Source: Deltaproteobacteria bacterium (GTDB lineage Bacteria; Myxococcota_A; Polyangia; Polyangiales; Houyiibacteriaceae). Taken from it: a DNA stretch of 64,000 bases. Every line of letters begins with the position of its first letter. The stretch's first letter is position 1. Below the pieces are notes generated by a model. It had not been told where the DNA came from, ran no database searches, and saw nothing but the letters and a program-made list of their open reading frames with translations. Of this stretch, positions 8,368 to 18,046 are shown one piece after another. The DNA lies in assembly GCA_034670305.1 (NCBI GenBank), contig JAXMNT010000031.1:1-64000 (forward strand), given 5' to 3'. The translations under genes were made by a program, and so were the position numbers.

Positions 8368-9839
8368 AATTCTCCCGACGACGTTTTGCCGCCATGGTGG
8401 GCGGCGCCGCGGTCGCGGCACCCTTTCTCACCGGTGCCCGTCGACACGCCATCGCCCAGCCCCCGGCCGGCCCGATGCGGTTCTTGGCGATTCGTACCCC
8501 GCACGGGGTCGATCGCGACTTCTGGATCCCGCGCACCGGTGCGGGTGGCGAGCCGGGCGGCGCGGACATGGCGCTCTCCGATCTCACCTTCGAATACCCG
8601 CTGAGCATTCTCTCTCCGCTCATGCCCTGGCGTTCCCAGATCACCGTGCTCGATGGGCTCGACACCCAGGTGTGCAAAGAGGGCACCCGCGCCGGTGTGC
8701 GCACCGCCCATGGCCACAACGAGCAGGGCACCATGTTGACGGGCGCCCAGCCGCCGGAGAACCGCGAGGGCAACTTCGACGGTCACCCGAGCCTCGACTT
8801 CGTGCTTCACGGGCGCCTCGGTGCGCCCGCGTTGCTCACCGCGTCGGTCGAAGGGACCGGTTCGTGGAAGGCGATGAGCTACGACGCCAGCGGTTCGCCC
8901 CGCGCGCCGGAGTCGAACCCGCAGGCCGTGTTCCGAGCCGCGTTCCCGTCGGATTTCGTGCCCCCGGATCCGGAAGAACCGACGATCGACTACTCCGCAG
9001 GCGAGGACCGCATCGCCGGCTACAACGACGCGTACCTCCGACAGTTGCGGGACCGCCTCACGGGCACCGAACGCGCGAAACTCGACGGCCACATCGCAGC
9101 CATGGCGGCGCTCAGCGGCGGCGGTGGGCCAGGTGGTCCGGGCGGCATGTTGGCGGCGTGTCTGACCCGCGGCAGCGATGTGCCCGGCCGCAATGGCCGC
9201 ATGTCCAGCTACACCGAGGTCGAAGAGGTGGCGCGCACCCATGCGCGGGTCATCGCGCAAGCCTTCGCGTGCGGGCGCGCCAGCTGCGCGACGCTGCAGA
9301 TTCTGAACGACTACCCGAACTGGTTCAGCGACGTGCCCGAGGTGCGGACGGGGGACATCCTCGCACGGTACGGAAGCGACTTCCGTTTTCACGAGAACCT
9401 CGTGCACGACTACTGGGGCGCGAGTGGGGCCGACAAGGACGTCCTGCGCGTCGGGTACACGGCGGGTCTGCGCTGGAGCGCGACCCACTTCGCCGGCGTG
9501 CTGAGCGAGCTCGACTCGATCGTCGATCCGCTGGATCCGACGGGCGGGACCATCTTGGACAACACGATCGTGTATTGGCACAACGAGTTCGGCCACGACG
9601 GACACGACAACCAGCACACGCGCCATCCGGTGGTGATCGCGGGTGGCGGAGGCCGCACGCTTCGACTCGGTCGGTACCTGCGTCTGCGCAACATCTCGGG
9701 CAGCGAGCGCGTGCCGCACAACCGGCTCCTGACCAGCATCGCGCAGGCGATGGGCCAGGGCGACATCGACTACTTCGGCGACCGGGACCTAGAGAGCCGC
9801 GCGGAGTACCGCGGACCCCTCGCCGAACTGATGGCCTAG
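8364..9839 (+). CDS. DUF1552 family Tat-exported protein
   Basis: Twin-arginine SRRRF signal. 4-nt overlap with the DUF1592 gene (the usual pairing). DP.GGTILDNTIV..NEFG and HNRLL motifs. Confidence 0.85.
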   Translation: MKFSRRRFAAMVGGAAVAAPFLTGARRHAIAQPPAGPMRFLAIRTPHGVDRDFWIPRTGAGGEPGGADMALSDLTFEYPLSILSPLMPWRSQITVLDGLDTQVCKEGTRAGVRTAHGHNEQGTMLTGAQPPENREGNFDGHPSLDFVLHGRLGAPALLTASVEGTGSWKAMSYDASGSPRAPESNPQAVFRAAFPSDFVPPDPEEPTIDYSAGEDRIAGYNDAYLRQLRDRLTGTERAKLDGHIAAMAALSGGGGPGGPGGMLAACLTRGSDVPGRNGRMSSYTEVEEVARTHARVIAQAFACGRASCATLQILNDYPNWFSDVPEVRTGDILARYGSDFRFHENLVHDYWGASGADKDVLRVGYTAGLRWSATHFAGVLSELDSIVDPLDPTGGTILDNTIVYWHNEFGHDGHDNQHTRHPVVIAGGGGRTLRLGRYLRLRNISGSERVPHNRLLTSIAQAMGQGDIDYFGDRDLESRAEYRGPLAELMA

Positions 9840-9854
9840 GCCCGCCAGGGCACA

Positions 9855-9880
9855 GCCCCCAAACCCCGTCCCGGTGACAC
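9855..9880. repeat. Short dispersed REP-like repeat GCCCCCAAACCCCGTCCCGGTGACAC, copy 1
   Basis: Matches the reverse complement of 38030-38056 with one mismatch and one indel. Both copies lie just after a stop codon. Confidence 0.75.
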
Positions 9881-9926
9881 GGCTTCGCTCGGCTTCGCCG
9901 CGTCGATATCGTAGTACGCTCCGATC

Positions 9927-10586
9927 GTGATCGATCTACTCCTCGTAGGAACGTCCGCGCCCGACTTGCGGGGACTCACTCAGACCCTTGGCGAGCGCAT
10001 GGACGGAGAGGTGCGCGGTCTGCGCATCAGCGCCAAAGCCGTCGGGAGCGGGGCTGCTGCATCCGCGGCGGCGACCGCCAAACGAGTGTTCCTTCTCCAG
10101 CCCCGCGCGGTGGTCATGATCGGCACCTGCGGGGTCTACCCAGGACTGCAGGAGTACGCGCCGCTGGACATCGTCGTGCCCAACCGGCTGGAGATCATCG
10201 ACCACGGAGCAGACGCCGGGCTCAGCGAATTTCCCATGGCGATGTCGACACAGTTGCCACCCACGCCAGCGCTGGTCGCAGGGTTGGCGGGGCAGCGCGG
10301 CAAGGTGTTGGCGGTGGCGTGCCCGTCCAGTGTCACAGTCAGCGACGAACACGCCGCGGCCGTGCCTGCACGACACCGATGTCAGGCGGAACACGTCGAA
10401 GCGTTCGGGGTCGCCTCCGCGTGTTCCCTCGCCCGCATCCCATTCGGGGCGGTGCTGTCGGTGACCCACGTCGTCGGCTCCCACGCCAAGCCGGACTTCA
10501 CCAAACACCACCGCGACGCCACCTTGGCCGCCGCCGAGTGTTTCCTCTCGTGGCTGCACGGCGGCGCCGCCGGCCTTCCGCACTGA
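9927..10586 (+). CDS. Nucleoside phosphorylase-family protein (MTA/SAH nucleosidase or futalosine hydrolase-like)
   Basis: VG.G..AS, VVMIGTCG, AEHVEAFGVA..C....IPF motifs of the PNP_UDP_1 fold. Confidence 0.7.
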   Translation: MIDLLLVGTSAPDLRGLTQTLGERMDGEVRGLRISAKAVGSGAAASAAATAKRVFLLQPRAVVMIGTCGVYPGLQEYAPLDIVVPNRLEIIDHGADAGLSEFPMAMSTQLPPTPALVAGLAGQRGKVLAVACPSSVTVSDEHAAAVPARHRCQAEHVEAFGVASACSLARIPFGAVLSVTHVVGSHAKPDFTKHHRDATLAAAECFLSWLHGGAAGLPH

Positions 10587-10636
10587 TTTGTGGCCACTGC
10601 GGGCCTTGCTCGCTTCGGGAGCGGGCGGCCCTTTCG

Positions 10637-11143
10637 TCACCGGATGCTGCGGTGGCCGTGTACGCCCATCAAGCGCGTCGTGTCGACCTTCAGCGTGAGC
10701 AGCAACGTGAACAAGCGGCGCGCGGTGGGGTGATCGATCTCGAGATCGCGGCAACGACGCTGGAGCTTCCGCGCGGCGTTGTCGTGGGTGGCCTTCTTCG
10801 CCATGTCGAGCACCTCGAGCTTCGACAGCGAGCCGGCCGACAACGCGATCTGGCGGACGATGTCGACGTACTCGGTGATGTGAATCGTGAGGTCGTTGTG
10901 CGCGATCTCGATCCGCACCACCTGCGTGCCGTCTGCATCGGTGCCGGTCAGTACGAACGACTGCTGCGACATCGTCACCGTGAGGGCCTCGAGATCCTCG
11001 CGGACCACACACTCGCCTGGCGCCAACATCTCTCGAATGGAGCCATCCCACTCGAGCTGTCGCGCGTCACTGGCGCCCTCCCGCAGCGCGGGGTCGAGGT
11101 GGAGCTCGGTCAGCACCCCGAGAGGGTACCAAAGCGCGGCCAC
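10637..11143 (-). CDS. UPF0262 family protein
   Basis: LEVLDMAKKATHDNAA and IDHPTARRLFTLL motifs. The true start may be slightly downstream. Confidence 0.75.
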   Translation of the reverse strand: MAALWYPLGVLTELHLDPALREGASDARQLEWDGSIREMLAPGECVVREDLEALTVTMSQQSFVLTGTDADGTQVVRIEIAHNDLTIHITEYVDIVRQIALSAGSLSKLEVLDMAKKATHDNAARKLQRRCRDLEIDHPTARRLFTLLLTLKVDTTRLMGVHGHRSIR

Positions 11144-11153
11144 CTGCGAGCCG

Positions 11154-11360
11154 CTACTCGGGGTGGCGGGCCTGGCCGGGGATCAGGAAGAGATCGATGA
11201 GCTGGCCGATGAAGAACAGCCCGCCAGTGAGCAGCCAAAGAATGCCGGTCACGTAGCGGCCGGTGTAGAACCGGTGGATGCCACACAGGCCGACGAGGCC
11301 GAAGAGCCAGAGCAAGTAGCCGACGAACGTGCTGCGCCGGCCCTGGTGCCTGCGCGTCAT
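11154..11360 (-). CDS. TM2 domain-containing small membrane protein
   Basis: Start re-called at MTRRHQG (overlaps the upstream stop, TGATG). GYLLWLFG..GIHRFY.G..TGILWLLTGG..IGQLIDLFLIP. Confidence 0.85.
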   Translation of the reverse strand: MTRRHQGRRSTFVGYLLWLFGLVGLCGIHRFYTGRYVTGILWLLTGGLFFIGQLIDLFLIPGQARHPE

Positions 11361-11908
11361 CAGCTGGCCACCGACAGACGCGAGCCGCTGGCGTCGTAGA
11401 CCTCGATGCCGGTGCCGCGGGCGTCTTCCACCGCGCGCGCGCGCTTGCGCCGGATGCTCTCTCGGAGGCGGGCGTCGAAGTCGTCGGCGATGGGATCTTC
11501 GTAGTCCACCGGTTCTTCTTCGACCCGGACGGTGCGGCGCTTGGTGCGGGCCGGCGCCGCTTCCGCGAGCTCGTTGTACTGGTCCTGAAGCAGCGCGATG
11601 ATCCCAAGCCAGCCCAGCCCGGTCCACCAGGTGAGCAGGCCGAATCCGAGCACCGGGAGCGAACGATCGGGGACGTCGACGCCGCTTGCATCGAGCAGTT
11701 TCTGAGCGCGGCTGGAGTTGCGGTAGCTCACCCAGACGCCCCAGAGGCCCCACGTCAGCAGGACGAGAAAGAGATCCAGGCCCGGGTGGGCGGGTTTGCC
11801 AGACGCCTCCGCCAGTTCAGCGGTCGTGCGCCACTGCCACACGAGGCCGTAGAGGCCGAAGGTGATGAGGGTCAGAAAAATGGGAACCAGTACGTTGCGT
11901 CGACTCAA
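11360..11908 (-). CDS. DUF4234-like membrane protein
   Basis: RRN....LTLITFGLYGLVW and LLTWGLW..W repeated TM motif, ending LQ...NEL. Confidence 0.75.
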   Translation of the reverse strand: MSRRNVLVPIFLTLITFGLYGLVWQWRTTAELAEASGKPAHPGLDLFLVLLTWGLWGVWVSYRNSSRAQKLLDASGVDVPDRSLPVLGFGLLTWWTGLGWLGIIALLQDQYNELAEAAPARTKRRTVRVEEEPVDYEDPIADDFDARLRESIRRKRARAVEDARGTGIEVYDASGSRLSVAS

Positions 11909-11977
11909 TGCGATGCCTCCTTGAACACAGGTCCCTACGGGGCGGCCGACCGCGCTATTTCAGGAATCCGAGTCCAG

Positions 11978-12283
11978 GCCCGTGCCCGTGCCCGTGGCTT
12001 TGCCCGTGCCCGTGCCCCAGGAGCGAATCCGATTCGGCGTCGCCTGCGGCGTCGGCGTCGGCATCGGCATCGGCATCGGCGTCGGCTTGGGCGTCGGCTT
12101 CGGCGTCGGCTTCGGCATCGGCTTCGGCTTCGGCTTCGGCTTCGGCATCGGCTTCGGTGTCGGCTTCGGCATCGGCTTCGGCGTCGGCTTCGGCATCGGC
12201 ATCGGCATCGGCATCGGCTCCGGCGTCGCCGTCGGCGTCGGCGTCGCCGTCGGCGTCGGCGTCGGCCTCGGCAGCGGCTTCGG
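11978..12283. repeat. Intergenic hexamer arrays: (GCCCGT)n followed by (GGCWTC/GGCGTC)n
   Basis: About 40 tandem degenerate hexamers at 12036-12283 and a CCCGTG tract at 11978-12017. Confidence 0.9.
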
Positions 12284-12307
12284 AATCCGGAGGGAGAGGA
12301 CGCGCGC

Positions 12308-12901
12308 TCAGTCGCGGCAGAGGGTGAACCAGGCGGGCATCCACTTGCCCTTCTTCTGGGCGCGCCCGATCGTCATGTGGGTCGACACCCCGCGCAGCAC
12401 GTCCTGGGTTCCGTTGTACACGAAGCGCGAGAGGCGCGACGAGTTCGGGAGCACCTTCGGCCACGCGGGCAGACCACGCGGCGGGGTGCGCAGGTAATCC
12501 ACCAGGACCTCGCCTGGGACGTGGTGCGGATACGCGACGTAGTAGCCGGGACCGATGACCGTCTCGAGCAGCGCGAGCGGGTTGCGGTTGTATCCCCAGA
12601 GTTCGCCGTCCGCTTCGCCCTTGGGTGGACGGGTGAACACCTTCGCGAACAAGGAGAACGTCGGCAGCGTGTTCTTGCCGTGATGCGGAACCTCGTCGCC
12701 GACCGACACATGAACGGGCACGAGATCGTCGAGCCCAACCGGACGGAACCCGTCGGCGGCATCGAACAACCGGCGCTGCTGTCCGCGGTCGAGCGAGCGC
12801 GACTCCGCGACCCGCCGCGGGCTGGGGATCTCATCCAGGTAAGAAGCCACAGCTTCCATGTCGACGCGCGAAGACGAGAGCAGCTCTTGCAGGCGGTTCA
12901 T
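12308..12901 (-). CDS. Hypothetical protein
   Basis: Start re-called at MNRLQELL. Globular-looking composition (HHGKNTLP, LWGYN, GPGYY) with GC3-biased codons. Confidence 0.7.
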   Translation of the reverse strand: MNRLQELLSSSRVDMEAVASYLDEIPSPRRVAESRSLDRGQQRRLFDAADGFRPVGLDDLVPVHVSVGDEVPHHGKNTLPTFSLFAKVFTRPPKGEADGELWGYNRNPLALLETVIGPGYYVAYPHHVPGEVLVDYLRTPPRGLPAWPKVLPNSSRLSRFVYNGTQDVLRGVSTHMTIGRAQKKGKWMPAWFTLCRD

Positions 12902-13064
12902 GCCGCGGGGTCTAGCACGGCCGGGTGAAATCGGCGACGCACGTGGGCCGGCGGGGGTGCTCGCTGCGTCGGTGGGGCCCAAAGCCTCCCGCGCCAGAGA
13001 CGCTACGCTTTGAGGTGTTCGGTGGGTTGTCGGCAGTCCGGGCGGACCCGGGTGTCGGCGCCAC

Positions 13065-13910
13065 TCATGGGGCGGCCGCACCGGGGCGACGACCGTAGGC
13101 GCAGCCCGCGCGGACCGTGAGTGAGAGCGCGCCGCCTGCGAAGTAGGTGTGCAGAGCGCGCTGCATGCGCGCGAGTCGTGCGTCTGCCCGCTCGTCGTCG
13201 CCGGCGAGTTCGCGCCAGAGCGGGAGCCCGACGACTTGCACCAAGCGGTCCGCGAACATGTCTTCGGCCGAGCGAAACGAGATCCGGAACTCGTCGCAGT
13301 GCACGACGACGTCTTCGTAGCCTGCGTCTCGAAGCTCCGTCTCCAGTGCCTCGGGATCCGGATCCTGGCGGGCCGCCGCTTCGACGCGCGATGCGAGCGC
13401 GTTGTCTTCGTCGTGCACCGCGATCTCACGGAGCATGTCGAGCGCTTCGACGAACGTGCCCCGCAGCGGGGTGGTCAGGTACAGCTCGCCGCCGGGGACC
13501 AGCACCCGCCGCATCTCCGCGAGCGCTTTGGCGGGGTGCTCGAGCTCCGGCAACACGAGGTTGCCAACGACCGCGTCGAACACGCCGTCGCCGAACGAGA
13601 GCGCATCGGCGGACTCGACTTTGAAGAAGAGCCGTTTGCCGATCTCGTCCCAGCCGCGCCGCCGCGCGATGTCGACCAGCCCTTCGTCGGTGTCGATGGC
13701 GATGACGCGCGACATCGAGCCGAGTCTGGCCAGTACGTGGAAGGAGACGTGTCCGGTGCCGCACCCGACGTCGAGGACCATGCGGGCGTCGCTCGAGACG
13801 CGTGGAAGGAAGAGCCGCGCGAAGTGGGCAGCGTAGCGGGGGACGACGATGGCTTCGACCACGCGGGCGTCCTGCTCGGAACTGCTCTTGCGACGCCGGC
13901 GCGGTTTCAT
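13065..13910 (-). CDS. Class I SAM-dependent methyltransferase
   Basis: VLDVGCGTG, FDAVV, RRVLVPGG motifs. Confidence 0.9.
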   Translation of the reverse strand: MKPRRRRKSSSEQDARVVEAIVVPRYAAHFARLFLPRVSSDARMVLDVGCGTGHVSFHVLARLGSMSRVIAIDTDEGLVDIARRRGWDEIGKRLFFKVESADALSFGDGVFDAVVGNLVLPELEHPAKALAEMRRVLVPGGELYLTTPLRGTFVEALDMLREIAVHDEDNALASRVEAAARQDPDPEALETELRDAGYEDVVVHCDEFRISFRSAEDMFADRLVQVVGLPLWRELAGDDERADARLARMQRALHTYFAGGALSLTVRAGCAYGRRPGAAAP

Positions 13911-14587
13911 CCGCCTTCGTCGTCCTCGTCGGCCTCCATCGACTGCAGCAGAATCTCGATGGCCTCGCTGGCGAGCTCGCCGATGCTGGCTTCGGTGGTC
14001 GGCTCGAGTTCCGCGTGCACAGGCGCGTCGTCCAGCGTCACCACACGCGTGTCGTCTTTGAGTTTCTCGAGCGCGCCGATGAGCCCCGGTTCGAGCAGCA
14101 GGGTGCTCGCTTCGATCGCAGCGGCGACCACGTTCGCGGCATCCGACTGGAGAAAGCGGGTGAGCAGCGCTTCGGCGCTCGGCTCTCCGACTTCGACGAT
14201 CACGAACGGCAGCTCCCCAAGCGCGCGGGTCTGGGTTCCGCGGTCGAGTGCGCGCTCGGTCGCACGCGCCACCTCGGCGTAGTACTCGTACGCCACGTCG
14301 AGAATCGCTTCCCCGGCGGCGACCCGGACCTGCGGTTCGTCGTGATCGAGGATTCGGATGAGCGCGTCGGCCATCTTGGGTCCCGGCACCTGCGCGCAGA
14401 GATCGGCCAACCGCTCGAGTCGAAGGACCGCTTCCCGTTCGCTGCGGACTTCGTACGCTTCGTCGACGGCCTTGGAGAGAAGCTTCGCCAAGAGCGGAAG
14501 GGGCGTCTCCATCAGGTTGGCTTCGGCCTCGCGCATCGCGCGGTCCGCCGCGAAGACGGCCTTCAAGTCGGCTTTCGGGTCGCCCAC
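13907..14587 (-). CDS. HEAT-repeat protein
   Basis: ALIRILDHDEPQVRVAAGEAI and similar helical repeats. Overlaps the methyltransferase start by 4 nt. Confidence 0.75.
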   Translation of the reverse strand: MGDPKADLKAVFAADRAMREAEANLMETPLPLLAKLLSKAVDEAYEVRSEREAVLRLERLADLCAQVPGPKMADALIRILDHDEPQVRVAAGEAILDVAYEYYAEVARATERALDRGTQTRALGELPFVIVEVGEPSAEALLTRFLQSDAANVVAAAIEASTLLLEPGLIGALEKLKDDTRVVTLDDAPVHAELEPTTEASIGELASEAIEILLQSMEADEDDEGG

Positions 14588-14588
14588 G

Positions 14589-15242
14589 TTACTTCAGCTT
14601 CGCGAGCACACCGCTCGCGTTGGCCTGCATGTCGATGTTGCGGAAGATGCAGAACGCGAGTTCGGCCTTTTCCTGAAGCGTCTGACAGTGCGCGCTGATC
14701 TCGTCCACGGACTCTTCGTCGTAACGCGATCGGTGGCCGGCCGGTCCGGGGAGACGCGCATACACGAACGGCGTCTCCGGGGGCGGCTCGTCGAGGAGCG
14801 GATCGTACGCGGCGCTGACGGTTCGTTTGCCGCAGGCGGACGCCACATCCGCGGGCTTCCAGCTCGGCAGATCCATGACGAGGTGTGGCAGGTCCTTCGG
14901 CAACCAGTTCAAGAACGCTTTCACGGCGGCTTTGCTCGCCTTGCCGTGTTTGAACTCGGGAGGCGCCTGGAACACCAGCGCTTGCGCGCCGAGGTTGCCG
15001 CAGAAGTCGACGAAGGCCGTGATCAGGGCCTTGTTCTCTTTGGTCTTCCGAAAGCCGGACTCGCCGAGCTCTTTGGGGGCCAAGGCCGTGAACGCAAATC
15101 CGTCGGGAGATTCCCGCAGCCAGCGACGAATGGTGCCCGTGCCGGGGATGCCCAATTCGGTGTCGGAGATCTCGACCGCAGGGAAGAGAGACCAGTAGCG
15201 GCTGACGGGGACTGGGAAGCCGGAGCAAGCAACGTAGAGCAT
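14589..15242 (-). CDS. DUF72 family protein
   Basis: Start re-called at MLYVACSGF. Y...FPAVEI..T, W..E.P.GF.F, VFQAPPEF, YARL.G and YDEE motifs. Confidence 0.8.
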   Translation of the reverse strand: MLYVACSGFPVPVSRYWSLFPAVEISDTELGIPGTGTIRRWLRESPDGFAFTALAPKELGESGFRKTKENKALITAFVDFCGNLGAQALVFQAPPEFKHGKASKAAVKAFLNWLPKDLPHLVMDLPSWKPADVASACGKRTVSAAYDPLLDEPPPETPFVYARLPGPAGHRSRYDEESVDEISAHCQTLQEKAELAFCIFRNIDMQANASGVLAKLK

Positions 15243-15576
15243 CGCGCGCGGAGTATACGCTGTTTCGCAGCACAACCCGAGGTTCCGTTTGCGCGGCGAA
15301 CGATCAGCACTTTCAGGGCTGGTTTGCAGGGTCGGCGGCGCCGACCGAATCAAGTCCCAGCACCCGCCCGGGGAAGAAGTGTCCGCCGCGGGCGCTCACC
15401 GGCCCCCGGAGACCAGACATCCGCCGGGTCCGACTGGACCGGCGGAAGACTTCACCCGTGCGGGGACCGGCCTGCTAGGCTGTGGGCGTGCAACGAGGGG
15501 GCGGTGACGGTGGGCGTCGCATCACAAACGGGTCCGCACGGCGCGGAGTCGATCCCGGGGGGCGGGCAGTCGGGTT

Positions 15577-15676
15577 GATCCTGGGCGTGCGGTCGATCCT
15601 GGGCGTGCGGTCGATCCTGGGCGTGCGGTCGATCCTGGGCGTGCGGTCGATCCTGGGCGTGCGGTCGATCCTGGGC
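15577..15676 (+). repeat. Perfect 18-bp tandem repeat (GATCCTGGGCGTGCGGTC) x5.5, in frame with the OmpA signal peptide
   Basis: Five exact units plus 10 nt, ending immediately before ATG 15677. Encodes (VRSILG)n. Confidence 0.95.
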
Positions 15677-17308
15677 ATGCAGTTGGTGCTCGGCCTCCTC
15701 CTCTCTCTTGCGACCTGGAGCACGGCCTCGGCGCAAAGCGACCAGTTCGACTCTCAGCTCTTTCATCCCACCCCCAGCCCCGGCACCACCTTCACCATCG
15801 GGCGTCCGGAGGTTCCGCGGCACCTCACGTTCGTGGCCGGCCTCGCGCTCAACGGGGCCGCCGGCACCTTCGACCGCCGCCGCGACGAAGAACCGGTCGT
15901 TCCGTGGAGAATCGACGCAGAGGTGCTCGCGAGTCTGGGTCTCTTCGAGTGGATCGAACTCGGCACCGCGATTCCGGTGGTCATCTCCCGCTCCGCGGCC
16001 GACCCCTACGCGTCGATGCTGGTCCACGACGTGGGTGCCGGCCTCGGCGACATCCGCCTCTACGCCAAGGTGCCGATCCTTCGGGGCGCGACCGCGCTCT
16101 CGGCGCGGCTGGTGGTCTCGCTGCCGAGCGGCGACGGAGACCGGTTCGTCGGGACCGACTACTGGACGACCTATCCCTCGGTCCTGTTCGCCCACACGGC
16201 CGGCATCTTCCGGCTCGGCGCGGAGGTCGGGTGGCGGTTCCGCCGTCAGGTGCGGGTGGGGGCGTTCGAGTGGGACGACGAACTGCAGCTGGGACTGGGT
16301 GCGAGCCTGCAGGTGCACGATCGACTGGCGCTCATCGCCGAAGGCCAAGTTCGACTCGGTTTCGCGGGCAACACGTTCGATGCCGACGAATCCCCCGCCG
16401 AAGTGGACGCGGGGGTCCGGGTGGGGCTGGCACGCGGCCTGACCCTCGACGTGGGTGCCGGAACCGGCGTGAGCGTTGGCTGGGGCTCCCCGGTCGTGCG
16501 GGGTTTTGCGATTCTGCGGTACGCGAGCGAGCGGGAGCCCTGCGAGGCCGGACCTGAAGACTTCGACGGCTTCGAAGACGGCGACTTCTGCGCCGACCCC
16601 GACAACGACGCGGACGGACTCGAGGACGCCGTGGACGAGTGCCCGAACGACGCGGAAGACATGGACGGCTTCCTCGACGGCGACGGCTGTCCCGACAGCG
16701 ACAACGACGCCGATGGGGTCAGCGACGAAGAGGACTCCTGCCCGCTCGAATCCGAAGACCGAGATGGGTTCCAGGACAGCGATGGCTGCCCCGAAGCCGA
16801 CAACGATGAGGACGGGCTCGAAGACGGGCACGACCAGTGCCCGATGGAGCCCGAGGACATCGACAACTACGAGGACGAGGACGGTTGTCCCGAACCCGGT
16901 CCGGAGCGGGCCGTGGTCACGGTGACCGACACCCGCATCCTGATCAGCGAACGGATCTACTTCGACTTCGACACGGAGACGATCCGCTCCGTGTCCCTGC
17001 CGCTCCTCGATCAGGTCGCGGAGGTCATCGGTGAGTTGCCGACCGGACGCCGGATCCGGGTCGAGGGGTACACCGATTCCGAGGGCGACGACGAGTACAA
17101 CCTCGATCTGAGCTACCGGCGGGCCCGGGCGGTGGTCGAGTACTTGAGTGGCCGGGGCGTGCCCCGCGATCGGCTCGAGTACGCCGGCTATGGAGAGGCG
17201 AACCCAGTCGCCCCGAACGACATGTTGGAGGGCCGCGCCCTCAACCGCCGGGTGGAGTTCACGATCCTGGAGCCGGGCGAACACGGCACCCGCCCCCGCC
17301 GACGCTGA
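15587..17308 (+). CDS. Outer-membrane beta-barrel + thrombospondin type 3 repeats + OmpA domain protein (TraB-like architecture)
   Basis: Signal peptide ending ASA, alternating barrel strands, DxDxDG..D.CP repeats (EDxDGFEDxDGCP), OmpA motifs VEGYTD..YNL.LS.RRA..NRRVEF. Start is ambiguous among repeated GTGs and ATG 15677. Confidence 0.85.
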   Translation: MRSILGVRSILGVRSILGVRSILGVRSILGMQLVLGLLLSLATWSTASAQSDQFDSQLFHPTPSPGTTFTIGRPEVPRHLTFVAGLALNGAAGTFDRRRDEEPVVPWRIDAEVLASLGLFEWIELGTAIPVVISRSAADPYASMLVHDVGAGLGDIRLYAKVPILRGATALSARLVVSLPSGDGDRFVGTDYWTTYPSVLFAHTAGIFRLGAEVGWRFRRQVRVGAFEWDDELQLGLGASLQVHDRLALIAEGQVRLGFAGNTFDADESPAEVDAGVRVGLARGLTLDVGAGTGVSVGWGSPVVRGFAILRYASEREPCEAGPEDFDGFEDGDFCADPDNDADGLEDAVDECPNDAEDMDGFLDGDGCPDSDNDADGVSDEEDSCPLESEDRDGFQDSDGCPEADNDEDGLEDGHDQCPMEPEDIDNYEDEDGCPEPGPERAVVTVTDTRILISERIYFDFDTETIRSVSLPLLDQVAEVIGELPTGRRIRVEGYTDSEGDDEYNLDLSYRRARAVVEYLSGRGVPRDRLEYAGYGEANPVAPNDMLEGRALNRRVEFTILEPGEHGTRPRRR

Positions 17309-17371
17309 ACCGCCGCCCCGCCGTGTTTATCCGGACCCCCCAAGCCGGATGCGCGTGGTATACGGGTCCCG

Positions 17372-18046
17372 ATGCGAGGGCCATTCCGTCGATGGTTTGT
17401 GCTCGGAGCTGCGTTGTTCGCTGCCCCAGTTTCAGGCTGTCCAGGCGGCGCCGGCACGCCACGCGGCACCGTCCAGGCGTTTTCGAGCGCGCTGGAGGCC
17501 GAGGACTGGGAACGCGCCTATGCCAACCTCAGCGAGACCTACCGGCGCAGGGTGCCTTTCGCTGAGTTCGAGCGGTATGTCCGGGCGCACCCCGAGGAAG
17601 TCCGGGAGCTCGCGGTCTCGATGAGCGAGGTGAACGAGGCCGACTCGATCACCGCGACGGTGCCATTTGACGACGGGGACGCGCTCTTGCTCAAACTCGA
17701 GGACGGGCGGTGGCGGGTCGTCGGAAACGCCGTGGACTTCTACGATCAGTCGTCTCCGCGCGCCGCGCTTCGTTCGTTCGTTCGTGCGATGGAGCGGCGG
17801 CGGTACGACGTGGTGCTCCGGTTCGTGCCGGATGGCGACCGAGAGGGCATGACCACCGACCACATGCAGCGTGCCTGGGAAGGCGATTCCCGCGAAGAGG
17901 TCGAACGGCTGGTGGTGGCGCTGCGCGAGAACTTGAACCGACCCATCGAAATCGTCGGGGACCGAGCGACCATGGCGTATGGAGAGAGCCAGGCCGTCCA
18001 GTTCGTGCTCGAAGGGGACGCTTGGAAGATCGAGGATCCCGATTGA
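17372..18046 (+). CDS. Hypothetical lipoprotein with an internal duplication
   Basis: Lipobox VSGC. Two similar halves (TPRGTVQAF..LEDGRWRV / SPRAALRSF..LEGDAWKI). Confidence 0.75.
   Translation: MRGPFRRWFVLGAALFAAPVSGCPGGAGTPRGTVQAFSSALEAEDWERAYANLSETYRRRVPFAEFERYVRAHPEEVRELAVSMSEVNEADSITATVPFDDGDALLLKLEDGRWRVVGNAVDFYDQSSPRAALRSFVRAMERRRYDVVLRFVPDGDREGMTTDHMQRAWEGDSREEVERLVVALRENLNRPIEIVGDRATMAYGESQAVQFVLEGDAWKIEDPD

Noticed and set aside
11786-12497. AS-, GFGV-, PK- and R-rich ORFs across the hexamer array (likewise at 41019-41843, 46836-47090 and 49315-49785)
   Set aside because: Produced by the stop-free hexamer repeat in all frames. No RBS, signal peptide or domain support.
15587-17308. 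Calling the OmpA/TSP3 gene traB
   Set aside because: No traA-like gene is adjacent, and the architecture has many paralogs in myxobacteria.
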